Assembly (NCBI GenBank): GCA_000442015.1
Contig: KE560959.1
Span: 62,001-126,000, forward strand
From: Rozella allomycis CSF55
Lineage: Eukaryota
Direction of reading: 5' to 3'
DNA: 64,000 bases
Shown in pieces: positions 49,901 through 62,931 of this stretch. Every line of letters begins with the position of its first letter. Position 1 is the stretch's first letter. Position numbers and translations under genes: made by a program. The notes beneath the pieces were generated by a model. The model searched no databases, had not been told where the DNA came from, and saw only the letters and a program-made list of their open reading frames with translations.

Positions 49901-51941
49901 TTATTTAATTGGAAATAGAGTATTCTTAAATTATTGCATAAAACATTTTGATTTGGGTTGCAAACTATTAAAAGCATTGATATCAATTAATGTGAATGAT
50001 TCAAGTATATTTGAATTGATTAATAAAGTGTTCATGGAATTTTCCTTGTCATTTTATCATCCAATAGAATCAAATAGTAAATATTTGTCTGAAACAATAA
50101 AATCTATAACATATATCAATGATAACTGGAAAAGAATGTCATTAATATCAAATTGTGTTGATTTCTTATTTAAATATAACATAGTTGATTCTCTTTCCTT
50201 TAATTTAAATCTTTGTTTGAATGATAATTTAATGTTAAGAAAGCAATCAATCAATGCAATCAGATACATTCTTTACTCTTCGAAAATTAAAAATGCAGAA
50301 ATCGATCAAAAAGAAGTTTCTAGTCAAAAAGAAATTTCTAGATTGTATCAAAATGAAATTTGTGAACTTTTAAAGACTAAAATTGATGATGATTATTTAA
50401 AGAAATTTATTTCATTTCAGATTATAGAACAATCAAATTCAATTGAAATATTTGAAAATTCTTTAACAAATTTTTACTTTTCAATTGGGTCTGTTATTGG
50501 TCCTTGCTTTGTAGATCAATTAATCCCTTTTCTTCAAAATCTATTAATAAACATAGAATCTAAGCCACATTATAGATCTATTTTAGAAATCTTGGCTGGA
50601 TTAATAAATTCCATGAAACATTATCCAGATTTTAATATTTCAAAATTAACTCCATTTATTATTGCTAGTCTTGATAAATTAAATATAGAGAATATTCCAA
50701 TTTGGGAATCATTTATTAAATCTATTTTTAGAAACAAAGATTCAAAAAGATTAAAAGAGATTCTTCCATTATTAACAGAATTTGAATTAAATAAATCTAA
50801 TGACTCTTTCTTGGCTGAATCTGCTAAAGTCTATTTTACTTGTTTAATTGTTAATTGTACTTCAAACACACTTGGAATTGATTTCTTGCTAAATAAATTC
50901 AATCTTTGTGTATTACATGCTGATTATCCATTTAAACAAGTCAAACAACATTTGGGCTCTTTAATGTTTGAAATTCTTAGATCTCTAGGCAATAATTCTG
51001 AAATTTCCAATTCTATTTATAGATTACTTGAAGAAATAAAAAATGAAAAAGACTTGTATAACAATTCTATCAATTTTAATATATTGGATAATCCCAGTAA
51101 TTCCAATACTTCCAATACTTCTAATAATTCTGAATCTCTTAAACCATTTATTGATAAATCAAAAACTTTAATCTATTTTCTTTATGAAATTTACAATAGA
51201 TCTAGATGTTGGAATTTAGATTCTCTGTTGCCTGACTTGGTTATTTTTCTTTTAAATACTTTTGATTCTGCTGACAACGATTTAACTTTAATGTCTAAAA
51301 AGGTTTTACGTCTTTTGTCTCAAAACAACTTTAATAAACAAACCCTTCAAGCAGTCTTTTCAAGCATTAAATCTTTCAATCATCCCTCTTGGAAAGTGCG
51401 TGCAAATTCAATTTCTTTTCTTCAATTAATTTTCTTTAAAAATTTCATTCATTTCAACAAGAATGAACTGATTGATTTTTCAATTCAGTTTCTTCAAGAC
51501 AAGCAAGTCGAAGTTAGAGAAGAAGCATCTAAGCTACTCTGTCAATTAATCAAATGCAAAAAATTATTTTTTCAAAATGAAATTGATCCCATCTTGGTAA
51601 AATATTCAATAGAAATTATCTAGGCAAAACTTAAACCTTTGTATTCTCACAAATTAAAAAAACAAGATCCTCTTCTATCAGTCAAACATGGCGGTGTTCT
51701 CGGTCTAATTTCCATCGTCCTTGCCTTTCCTTATTCTCTGCCTGGTTTTCTACCTGAAATTCTCGTATCGCTGGTCAATTTTCTGTCTCTTCCTTTTCCT
51801 ATAAACTCTTCTGTTAAAAAGTGTCTTGCTGAATTTAAAAAGACTCATCTCGACATGTGGCATCAACATGTCAAAGAATTCACCCCAGACCAATTGGATA
51901 TTGTGTCTGAAGTATTGGTATCGCCTTCTTACTATGCATAG
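46953..51941 (+). CDS. BLM10: Proteasome activator Blm10/PA200
   Basis: YFHPTNNGKW, LLPGIDANDHLKT, YSEIRKEAQ, LAFPYSLP, EFKKTHLD, C-terminal SPSYYA. Confidence 0.95.
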
Positions 51942-52028
51942 AACATAATAAAAGAGATTATTAAAATCTATTATAGATCATTACTAAATTACATCATGAA
52001 CTTTAATCATTAAAATGTTATTTTATTT

Positions 52029-53628
52029 CTATAAAAATGCAACGAAAATACTCGCCAAAATTGCCAACATTGATATATTCATCATGTTCCCAGAGCTTTC
52101 TGCTAAACGTGCATGTGGACCATCTTCTTCACTATCAGGGCTAAACTCTTGTGGATAGGTTTCAACATCAGGTGTTAGTGGATATGAATCAGGATCATCT
52201 GCTATATAAGCTTGGTTCTGTGCATCCTCCAACGGATCTTTCAATGGCTCATCATCCAAGACATCGTCATCTCCCTCAAGAATATATTCATGGCGAGGTA
52301 TTCCCGTAGACCCATTAGCATCTACTTGGGGTTCATCTACGTTTGCATTAGAATCAATAGAATCGGATATTGGTGTTTGTCCATCAATCGACTCTTCTGG
52401 GTTATCAACGTTTGGAATACCTTCTTCTAATGGCGCCTCATTTGTTCCAGCAGAACCAGTTGACTCTTCCAATGGAATGGTAACTTGGTCAAAGTTTTCA
52501 GTGTCTTGAGTCACAAATGAAGTAGGAATGCCTTGGTTCTCTTGTAAATTGGAATCATGGACGACATTTGGACTTGAAGATCCATCAGTGGATAAATTAT
52601 CGGCACTCGGGGATATTCCTTGATCTCCGGTTGTGTCCGCTAATGATATTCCTTGACCTCCGGTTGGATCAACAGCACCAGGTTGCATATTATTCAACGG
52701 CGAGTTTNCCCTCAAGAACATATTCATGGCGTGGTATTCCCATAGACCCATTAGCATCTACTTGAGATTCATCTACGTTTGCACTAGAATCAATAGAATC
52801 AGATATTGGTGTTTGGTCATCAATCGACTCTTCTGGGTTATCAGCGTTTGGAATACCTTCTTCTAATGGCGCCTCATTTGTTCCAGCAGAACCAGTTGAC
52901 TCTTCCAATGGAATGGTAACTTGGTCAAAGTTTTCAGTGTCTTGAGTCACAAATGAAGTAGGAATGCCTTGGTTGTCTTGTAAATTGGAATCATGGACGA
53001 CATTTGGAGTTGAAGATCCATCAGTGGATAAATTATCGGCACTCGGGGATATTCCTTGATCTCCGGTTGTGTCCGCAGATGATATTCCTTGATCTCCAGT
53101 TGTATCCACAGGCGATATTCCCTGTCCTCCGGTTGTATCAACAGCACCAGGTTGCATATTATTCAACGGCGAGTTTACTGATATCCCTTGATCACCAGTT
53201 GAATCAACGGCAGCGGGGTTCATATTATTCAATGACGCAGATATTCCTTGGTCTCCAGCACCATCTAAAACGGCCTCTAATCTGCCGCTTCCTTCTCTAG
53301 ATGCTTCATCGCGAATTTTTTCAGATTCATGTTGCTGCATATATTGATTGTAAGTCAAGGATCCTTTGATAATCTCGGGAACAAATACAAGTTGGTCAGA
53401 GTCTATTGGATCAGAGTTTTCATTGTATGATGTAAAATCCTGAACACCATTTTCATCTTGAAAAGACATTTGATTAGAAGAGAATGTTTCATTTAAAAGT
53501 GCTGATGAACTTGGATCTACTTCATTGGCTGGCGAAGTCGTAGTGTTGTTACTTGGTGGCATCGTGATGGGAGATGCAGAACTTAAGATCATTAAGGAAA
53601 GTGAAGTGGTAATTATTTGTAATTTCAT
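52029..53628 (-). CDS. Secreted, probably GPI-anchored acidic repeat protein
   Basis: Signal peptide, DTTGDQGIS repeats, SSG plus hydrophobic C-tail; ~400-bp duplication around N at 52708 is probably an assembly overlap. Confidence 0.8.
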
Positions 53629-53661
53629 TAGTAATTAAGATGTGGGATTGACATTTTGCGC

Positions 53662-53699
53662 GCTTTTATATTATTTGAAAATGTTCACGGACGTGAACA
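53662..53699 (-). promoter_or_regulatory. Palindrome plus TATA promoter module, copy 1
   Basis: GTTCAC-N4-GTGAAC (53683-53698), 12-nt spacer, TATAAAAGC. Confidence 0.75.
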
Positions 53700-53799
53700 G
53701 ATGACGATCTAAAAATAGAAAAAAACAGATTTTTTCAAAGATATGCTAATGAAAATCAATATAAATGTAAACTTTTGATTACAAAATGTATAAAATCTT

Positions 53800-54378
53800 T
53801 TATTTGCTTTGGAATGCCTTTATCCATTCCATAATCCTGTCAACGTTGGAATCCATGTCTTCTGTTGTATTATTGTTCAACTCTACAACCATTTCTTTTG
53901 CATAAGCGTCCATAGCTTCATCTAAAACTACTTGCATGATTTCACATTCGATATTTTCTGTAATCTTTTTGACAGAGTAGTTTCTGCATTAAATGTATGT
54001 AGTACAACTTACCTCTTTGCCAAACGATCATATAATACAGTATTATCACTACGAAGTACTATAACTAGGTCAAACCATGTTTCTGGGAAAAAGTCGCAAG
54101 AGTGAAAATCTACAATACAACCTCCATTCGGTACTACTGATTCAAGCTCATCTATAACCTGTAAATGAGGTAAATTTATGAAATTTTACTTTGTCTTCAT
54201 CGAATAACAAGGAATCAAATTCTTTATCTAGGCCATCGTGAAGTTCTTTCTCTTTTACCAACTGGGATACATCAATATGCTGAAATTCGGGGTAAAGTGT
54301 CGCGATTTTTGACGACAAAGTTGTCTTTCCACATCCCGGTGTACCGGTGATCAAAATAGAAGGAAGAGTTCGTGTCAT
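53800..54378 (-). CDS. FAP7: Adenylate kinase 6 / Fap7
   Basis: [45 protein letters not shown]. Confidence 0.95.
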
Positions 54379-54538
54379 TTTGTGTTTTTACTGCGCCACG
54401 AAAAAAGCAGCAAAACTATGTTAATATCAAAATGGTTTTATTTCAAGCGTCCAAGTATTTTTATAATATTCAAATTTCAAGAATTAAAGCCAAGCAAAAT
54501 CCAGTATTCAAAAATAGATTGGAATTTTCACGTTCACA

Positions 54539-54575
54539 GTTCACAGGCGTGAACAAGACTTCAAGATATAAAAGC
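54539..54575 (+). promoter_or_regulatory. Palindrome plus TATA promoter module, copy 2
   Basis: GTTCAC-N4-GTGAAC (54539-54554), 12-nt spacer, TATAAAAGC; extra GTTCAC half-site at 54532. Confidence 0.75.
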
Positions 54576-54607
54576 ATAGAATGGAAAAAGCCTCTAAAAT
54601 TATTATA

Positions 54608-55156
54608 ATGAAATTAATGCTTATGATTTCCACTGCTTCTTTGGTTGCTTTTGCAACAGCTTCATCTCCAACTAGAGATCCAAGTCCAATCGAAGAATCG
54701 TTTTTAAATGACTTGGAAAAAGCAAGCATTAAAGATGTAGTGCCTAATGAATACTTTAATGAATATTTAGAAAATGAAAAATCTAACGCAACAACTACCG
54801 AGCCCTCATCCTCTCCTGATGCCCTTATGGTTGATTCCTATGATACAAATACATCCCATGAGAATTCAGAAAATACCACTACACATAAAGAGAAAGAGTT
54901 GTCTGATATTATTCAGGAAATTATTAGAGAATTAGAAAAGAGAGAAAAGTCTAATGAAAGAGTGGCAGATAGTGCGAATACAGAAGAAGACGATATTACA
55001 AAAACAGAAAATAGTGACCCAAATGATCTTAGACTTACAGAAGAAGAATATGACGATTTTATAGAAAAAATGTCGAATTCTGGTCATTCAATCCGAACTC
55101 TAGGATCACTTAGTTTGTTTGCCGGTGCATTGCTGACTAATTTTATCTTTTTATAA
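54608..55156 (+). CDS. Secreted, probably GPI-anchored acidic protein
   Basis: MKLMLMISTASLVAFATASSP signal; E/D/S/T-rich body; NSG plus hydrophobic C-tail. Confidence 0.8.
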   Translation: MKLMLMISTASLVAFATASSPTRDPSPIEESFLNDLEKASIKDVVPNEYFNEYLENEKSNATTTEPSSSPDALMVDSYDTNTSHENSENTTTHKEKELSDIIQEIIRELEKREKSNERVADSANTEEDDITKTENSDPNDLRLTEEEYDDFIEKMSNSGHSIRTLGSLSLFAGALLTNFIFL

Positions 55157-55243
55157 TATTTCATTTTGATAAATAAATAGAATTAAAATTATATTTTGAG
55201 GACAGTTATAATTTGGTGACTAACGAATGAAGTAAATACAAAC

Positions 55244-56589
55244 ATGCTGAAAACATCTCAAGCAACTTCTTCTTATTCTTGCCCCACAAAACGAAAAGCT
55301 AAAATTCATTTGTTAACAAAGTCGATGCTGGAGCCAAGTGTGGTATTTCTATAATTCACTCGTAGACAGATAAATATACGAAATGACATGAATAGTGAGC
55401 CTCTCCCTTTCATATGTCTTGGGTACTGTAACAGTAATAAAGAGACTGTCTATATGTCCGATATGACTTACAGATCGGCATCGAGAAAACAACAATCTAC
55501 GTTAAAGGAATTAAGTGATATTGATTTAAGTATCACTAAAGCTGCTTCGATAATTGCAAGCCAAGATAGGCCACTGTCCGAGCAAAGTACTATACAAGAC
55601 TTGGCAACGATAAATATACCTCCGAACAAGCCTAGCATGAACCTCAAGTCTACACCCAAAGAATCGAAGGAAAAACTTAAAACAGATAGTGTTATAAATC
55701 AAAACAATACATTGACCGATATTTTATTAAATCAATCCAAGGAATGGGGTTCATGGGGAGTCTGTGGTAACGTTGATCCATTAATTCAACATCACGCGAT
55801 ATTCAGTAAGCCCCCAACCATATGGGTAAAATACCTTAGTAGTAAAAATAGAAAGATGAAAGTTATAAACTAAATCTTGCCTCTCACATAGTGTCTGATA
55901 ATGAGTATTCCAAAGTAGACGCGGGACAGAAGCTTCAAAAAGCAGTGTATGATAAGTATATAACCAATACTGTGACTGAATTGAAACCATTAAAAATGCA
56001 TTGGCCTTGGATGTCAGAAAAGCAAATTAACACACTGGAGAATAGACTAATTGTGAAACATGGCAATAGGAAGAGCACAAAAAAGGCATTGAAAAAATCC
56101 AAGTCAAATTTTGATTATAAACCAACCAGAAATATTCGCATATCAGAAGAAGAGGAAGATTCTTATAAAATTCAATCCACAGAATACACATCTAAAATAG
56201 AGGAAAGGACAAAGGCCTCGAATAGAGATATAGCACTTGTGAAAACATATGCATACAAATTAAGAAAGTCTTTGGTGCCCGACGACATCATGTCCTCTGA
56301 AATTTCGAACACCAAAAAGGAAAAGGTCAGCAAAGATTCGCTCCCCTATCTGAAAAAATCGGTTGAAATAAAGACTTTAGAGTTCGCCTTGAAGCAAACT
56401 TCTAGGTCTATCAAAGAAGTAGTATTACCACCAGTAGCCAGACAAATAGTTCAGAGGCGAAGATATGAAAGTCCGACCATTGACAAAACTCTCATAAACA
56501 ATATCAGAAGGGGATCAAATATTTATTCTACCAAGAAAGTGGATATTAATCTTATAAACAATATCTTTGATACCTTGAGACTAAATTGA
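55244..56589 (+). CDS. Hypothetical basic protein
   Basis: Three frames joinable through micro-introns; no recognised domain. Confidence 0.55.
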
Positions 56590-56914
56590 TTTTGTACATT
56601 CACAGTCTCGCTGCCCTCGTCAATCAAACGAGGAGTTTAAATATAAAAATGCTCATTTAACTTTTTCTTTTTTTCAAATTCACGCATATTTTATTTAAAG
56701 GTTTATGCCAGGCTTCGGATCATTGAATCATTGAAGCATTCCTTCTTGCTAATGTGAAACTTAGCTTTAATCTGAGCCCGTGGTATACCACATTAGTTTC
56801 GATATTTTGCACATTGGACACTGCATGCGCGAAACTAAAGGAAAGCCAAAGAATCTACGTAAATTCCAGTTGATTCCATATAAGGCCTAACACTTCGAAA
56901 TATTTCATAATTTT

Positions 56915-57373
56915 TGGCTATAAAAGGATGAGCCTGGCATTAAATAAAGGAAGTTTTAAGTTCTAAAGTTAAAGTTTTTGTTTTAAGATTATGATGAACT
57001 ATAATAACGATTACAAAAGTGGTGCGAACATCCATATTCCTATGCCTCGATTAGATGGCACAGGAGTGTCGAACTTCATATGGAATTTAAAGAGCTTTAC
57101 GTTGAAGAAGAGGACGGAGACTGAAGCTATTAATCTTCATCCTTATTGCTGTATTCCCGCAACAGCTAAGTCAGTGAGCAAAATTATTGAGTTCGTGAAA
57201 GATAACAATACGTTTGATGAAGAATGGATGTTGTTTAACAAGATTTGCCAAGAATTAACCGTCAAGTTCTTTTGTAATCCTTATTATAGTTCATCAATAT
57301 CTTAAAACTAAAACTTTAACTTTAGAACTTAAAACTTCCTTTATTTAATGCCAGGCTCATCCTTTTATAGCCA
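56915..57373. mobile_element. Non-autonomous element with ~105-bp inverted terminal repeats
   Basis: 56915-57019 is the reverse complement of 57269-57373 with about 4 mismatches; internal 104-codon ORF. Confidence 0.85.
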
Positions 57374-57687
57374 TATGACAGTGATTGATAGGTTTTGTCA
57401 CTTGTCATCTACGAAACTATTAGCTAAGTCAACAATACATTCCTTAAAAATTTAAAATGTATATTCGAAGTGAAAAGACTATTAAATCCATTTCAAATAT
57501 ACGTTCTTAGTTCCGGATCGTAAACTCACAGTGAAATAAATTAGAAGAAATGGATGAAGGTGAAGAATAAATAATAGCTTTCCATGACCATTACTTATTA
57601 TTTGAGTAAAATAAGTTTCGTATTGTGTCAATAATTGACAATATATTGTCAATATTAATTTCCCCAGCTTGCTCTAGCCACTTTCAA

Positions 57688-58877
57688 ATGATACCTTTGC
57701 ATGCGAAAATATTTATGCTTTCTTTCCTTTTGCGAATAGGGATTTTATTGTATGGTGAATGGCAAGATAAAAATATGGAAGTGAAATTCACAGACATTGA
57801 CTATTCCGTTTTCACCGATGGCGCGAAATATATTCTACAAGGAGAGTCCCCTTATAAACGAGCAACATACAGATATACTCCAATATTAGCAGCCTTGTTA
57901 ACTCCAAATATTTATTGGTTTAATGCATTCGGAAAAGTTATGTTTTGCACTTTTGACATCATTGCTGCATACTTAATGCTGAAAATATCGAACTCAAATA
58001 TATCTAATTCTTTAATTTGCTTTTGGTTATTTAATCCGATGATTTTCACAATATCAGCTAGAGGAAATGCAGAGTCGATGGTTTGCACATTTGTGCTCTT
58101 GTCAATATTATTGGTTAAAAGGCAAAAGATTTTGGCCGCTTCAATTGTTTATGGATTTACTGTTCATTTAAAAATCTATTCATTGTTGTACTCGGTGCCC
58201 TTATACTTTTACCTGGACAAAGGAAGTGGTTTATGGCCAAATGTATTTACCAAGAAGCGAATGCAATTTGCATTTATGTCGTTCTTTTTCTTTATGACCA
58301 TTAACTTTATGTTGTATTCAAGGTATGGTTTTGAATTTATATATGAAACATTTTTGTACCACGTAGTGAGAAAAGATCACAGACACAACTTTAGTGTATA
58401 TTTTTATCATATATATCTCACATTTTTTGAGAAAGATAGCCTGATTACATCAATCTTGACATTCCTTCCCCAATTTGTTCTCACCGCTATAGTTGGTATG
58501 AAATACTCTCCCGATCCTGTCTTTGCATGTTTTGTGCAAACTTTTGTGTTTGTAATGTTTAATAAGGTGTGTACTTCACAGGTAATTGTCATTGAATATG
58601 ATGATAGTATTTCCTTTGGTTTATCTGTTTCTTACCAATAATACGATCAAGAATTTCTCTAACAAACTCCACGTTTCTTGGGATGACAGGTTTATGGTTC
58701 GCAGGGCAAATGATATGGTTAAATTACGCGTATCTTTTAGAATTCAAAGGCCTTAATACATTCTACTCAATATGGATTGCGAGTATTCTATTCATGCTAG
58801 CAAATATGTTTATCATATTAACAATCATTAGAAACTATGATTGGAGAGAGCGTTCAGTTAAACATAAATCATTATAA
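57688..58877 (+). CDS. GPI14: GPI mannosyltransferase I (PIG-M)
   Basis: KFTDIDYSVF, PYKRATYRYTP, ISARGNAES, VHLKIY, DHRHNFSVYFY, FNKVCTSQ. Confidence 0.96.
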
Positions 58878-58896
58878 ATTTATAATAAACTCTATA

Positions 58897-60993
58897 ATGA
58901 ATTTTAGTTTTTGCAATTACTCAATTTGCCTCGTCTAAACCCCTGTTAGATACCAATGCTCAAAAGATCGACTTTTTTCCGAAAACCCTTTATTTCAATA
59001 TTGAGAAATAATTTTATGTCGTCCATTTTTACAGGACAAAAGAGCATTCTTTGGAAGGCAGAAAACGAAGCTGACCGACAGCCTAATGATCCGAATATCC
59101 AAGCCAATTATTATAAGGTATAGAGTGAATTCAATATATAAAAGCTATTACTGGAAGATTCTCCGGATAGATTAATCGAGAGATTTGAAAGAAATCGATT
59201 TGCTACAAATGATGAATGTCAACAATACTATGTTAATGCGTTAATAAAATCTGGAAGGGTAGATAAAATCAATAGAATGATAAAAAGTAAATATTAATAT
59301 TTGAATGTAGTTGATGAACCAGTGTTTAAGTCTCTGGAGGATGTAAATTCGTCAAAGCCGTATTCAAGTACATTTCCAGAATATTTAACAGTGAGAATAG
59401 ACGATACAACAAGTAAAATGAAAATAGAATATTTAAAGTTAAAAAAATAAAGAAAAATATGAAGAGTAAGTCAGATTTCATATCAACTGCGATTTTTACC
59501 CTCCTTATGGGCATACTTATACTAAAGGAACTTCAATTTGAAACCAAAAATAGTCCATTGAGTGCGAAGAGCATATTAGGGATTAATGAAAGTCCAGTAA
59601 GAAAAGAAAAGTCCGATAAAACATTTAATGACATCAAGGGATTAGATGAAGTTGTTCAAGAAGTCCAAGAAATTGTCCACTTTTTGCAAAATCCCAAAAA
59701 GTTTCGAAAATTGAATGCGAAACTACCTAGAGGAGTTCTATTTGCGGGACCACCTGGAACAGGTAAAATACTTGTTTAATGATTGAAAGGAAAAACACTT
59801 TTGGCCAAAGCTATTTCAGGTGAAGCTGGGGTACCGTTCTTTGTATTGTCAGGATCTGAATGCGATGAAATGTTTGTTGGCGTTGGGATGAGAAGAATAA
59901 AAGAGCTATTTGAAAATGCTAGAAAAGAATCCCCTTGCATTATTTTCATTGATGAAATTGATGCCATTGGAAGCAAACGTAACCCTAGAGATCCCGCGTG
60001 GAGTCGACAATGCTTGAATCAACTATTGACAGAAATGGATGGATTTTCAGACAATGAAGGAATTATTGTAATTGGCGCTACAAACTTACCAGAATCATTG
60101 GATGAAGCGATTATGAGACCGGGAAGGTTTGATAGAAAAGTTCATATTTCATTGCCTGATGTTAAAGGACGACAAGATATTTTTAATTTATATTTAAGCA
60201 AAACAAAAATCAGTCCTAATGTGAATGTAAGCGATCTGGCCAAAGCGACCTCTGGTTTCTCTGGCGCTGACATTAGCGGTCTCGTTAACACAGCAGCCAT
60301 TAACGCTACCCTGGAAAACTCAGATTTCATTGAAATGAGTAAATAAATTATTTCAAATTGTTAAGAGCATTTAGAACAAGCAAAAGATGATCAAGTAATG
60401 GGAAGAGCAAAGAAGAATATGATTATTACAGAAGAGGTCAAGAAAATCACCGCCTACCATGAAGGTGGTCATGCGTTAATAGCCATCTTGAGCAACTCCA
60501 CTAATAAACTTCAAAAGGCTACAATCATCCCTAGAGGACAAAGTCTGGGCCACGTTTCAAGACTACCTGATGATGAATTATACGTCACTAAAGAATCTTT
60601 ATTAGCTGACATCGATGTTAGTTTAGCTGGTCGTTGCGCAGAGGAATTAATTTTTGGCTCTGAAAAGGTTACCCCTGGTGCACAATCAGACTTTCATCAA
60701 GCAAGCCGCATTGCTAGAAAAATGGTCACAAATTATGGCATGGGTGAACTGGTAACAATTTAAAGTTTTTATAATAGTCTGGAAACATCTTTTATAACAA
60801 CGAGGATGAAATTAGTGATCCCACAAAGAATATAATTGACATGGAAATCAGAAAAATTATTGATGAAAGTAAAAAGAGAACCAAAGCTTTACTTTTGAAA
60901 CATCGGGCTGATTTGGATAGACTCGCTAACGAATTAATTGTTCGTGAAACACTTTCATATGATGATATTATGAATTTATTGTACAAAAAATAA
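58897..60993 (+). CDS. YME1: Mitochondrial i-AAA protease (FtsH family)
   Basis: GPPGTGKT, IIFIDEID, RPGRFD, TAYHEGGHA, GRCAEELIFG. Confidence 0.93.
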
Positions 60994-61128
60994 AATACTC
61001 TTCTTTTAATTATATACAACTCGACAACTTTTATTTCTTTTTAATTCATACTTATCAATTCAATGCAATGAGTCAATGACCAAATCAGGAAATTTCCTTT
61101 ATTCATTATAATGGCNTTATTCATTACA

Positions 61129-62876
61129 ATGACACTCACTGACAATAAGAAACTACTCATAGCAGGAATATTGACAACTGGCATTATCGCTGGTGGAATA
61201 TACTGGTGGACTAGCAGCGCACCCAAGAAAATACAAAAACCTGAAAAACCCAAAACCAAGGAAAAGAAAAAGACTGTGCAGAAAGAAAAATCAATTAAAA
61301 AAGATCAAGCAAAAGAAAATGTAAATCCAAATGTGAAAAGTAATAATTTATGGAAAGTGTAAGTCTAGTTGTAGAAGAAACCATTTCTAAATTGAATGAT
61401 GACGCCCAAAACGCAAGACTTCAAGGAAATAAATGCTATGGTCTCGGAAGAATAAATGATGCTATTGAGCATTACACCGAAGTAAATGGATGTAAAAGGT
61501 AAAAATAGTCTATTCGATTGTATGATGATGAAAATCCGGACAAGGCATTAGCTTACTCCAACAGAGCACTTTGCTATTTCAAGCAAGAAAGATACTTGAA
61601 TGTGATTGAAGATTGTACAAAGGCACTTGAAATCAACCCAAATTATGTCAAGGCGTTAGATAAACGCTCTAAAGCCTATGAAGTTTTATCAATGAGAGAA
61701 GAAGCCGCAGTCGATGTACTTGCAGCCTTTTATATCAGTAGAATTTTTTTGAAATTAATATTAGGCAAGATGAATGATCAAAGATACATGAATAAAGCAG
61801 ATGATTTGATAAACTTTCTCGCTAATGAAAAACTTGAAGGTACATATAAAGACTTTGAAAATGTTCTACCATCAATTATTGTGCTTGAAGAAAAGATTAA
61901 TTGCTTTGGAGACAAAATTCCGAAATTTCCTAAAATTGAAGCTGCTGTCACTGGCGATGAATTTTTCAAAAATGCATGTTATTTTATAAATGAAAAGAAT
62001 TATCAAAGAGCATGGGAATATTTATGCTTGGCAGACAAAGAAAAGTTGGATGAACATCAAGGATTGTTTCATTCCATAATGTCAACTTTTTATTTTGCAA
62101 TGTGTGATGTACAGAAAACGCTTTATCACATTGAGCTTGGAATTAATAAGGAGCCGAGAAATGCGATGCTCTTGGCAAAGAGGGCAACGATAAAGATGGA
62201 AATGGGAATGCCACAGGAAGGCTTAGAAAGTTTCGAAGAGGCAGAAAAAGTTGATCCACAGAATCCATTTGTGTTTTTAAACAAGTGCTATTATTTGTCA
62301 ATGTCATCTGCATTTATTGGCTATGATGATGCACAGAAATGTGTATTGTTAGGCAGTGAATTCCCAATAGCATTTGTGAACCTTTCAAGATTCTATTTAA
62401 GCATGGGTAATAAATCAAAGGCTTTGGAGACGATTAATCTTGGCCTTGAAAAACATTCTTCAGATCCCCATTTGATAAATATTTACATTGATTTGCTTTC
62501 TGACGATGAACGTAAAGATAAACAAGATTATGTTTCTTCTTTAATCGATAAAATGTTGGAATTGAACCCCAAAAACGCCGTTGCTTATCTCGTTGCTGGT
62601 GGCAATTTGATGCTTCAAAAGAAATACGCAGAAGCGTTGGAGATGCTTGACAAGGCAGAGGAATTAGATCCAGCTTATTCTTTCACCTACTTTGCCAAGG
62701 CGCATGTCAACATTCTAACAAACAATCTAAACAAGGCAAAAGAACACATAAAGAAGGCAATTGAGAACACTACAAATCAAATGGAATTAATTCAAGTTAT
62801 TAGGCAGGCAGTGGAAATAGAAATTCAAATTAAAGTAATTGAAAAATTCCCACAATTATTAAATTTAATCGAGTAA
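61129..62876 (+). CDS. TOM70: Mitochondrial import receptor Tom70-like TPR protein
   Basis: N-terminal anchor ending GGIYWW, Lys-rich linker, clamp TPRs (YSNRALCY...DCTKALEINPNYVKAL). Confidence 0.8.
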
Positions 62877-62931
62877 TTTATTTTTTGTATTTTCATAGAT
62901 CTCAAATCACTGCCAGAAATGCAAATTCATC

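Noticed and set aside
52290-53180. About 400-bp direct repeat in the surface-protein gene
   Set aside because: Centred on the N at 52708 with a few SNPs; most simply two haplotypes joined end to end.
56600-56914. Possible gene remnant interrupted by the inverted-repeat element
   Set aside because: Only short frames with no recognisable motif; a 10-bp match to the repeat (atgccaggct) is too short to interpret.
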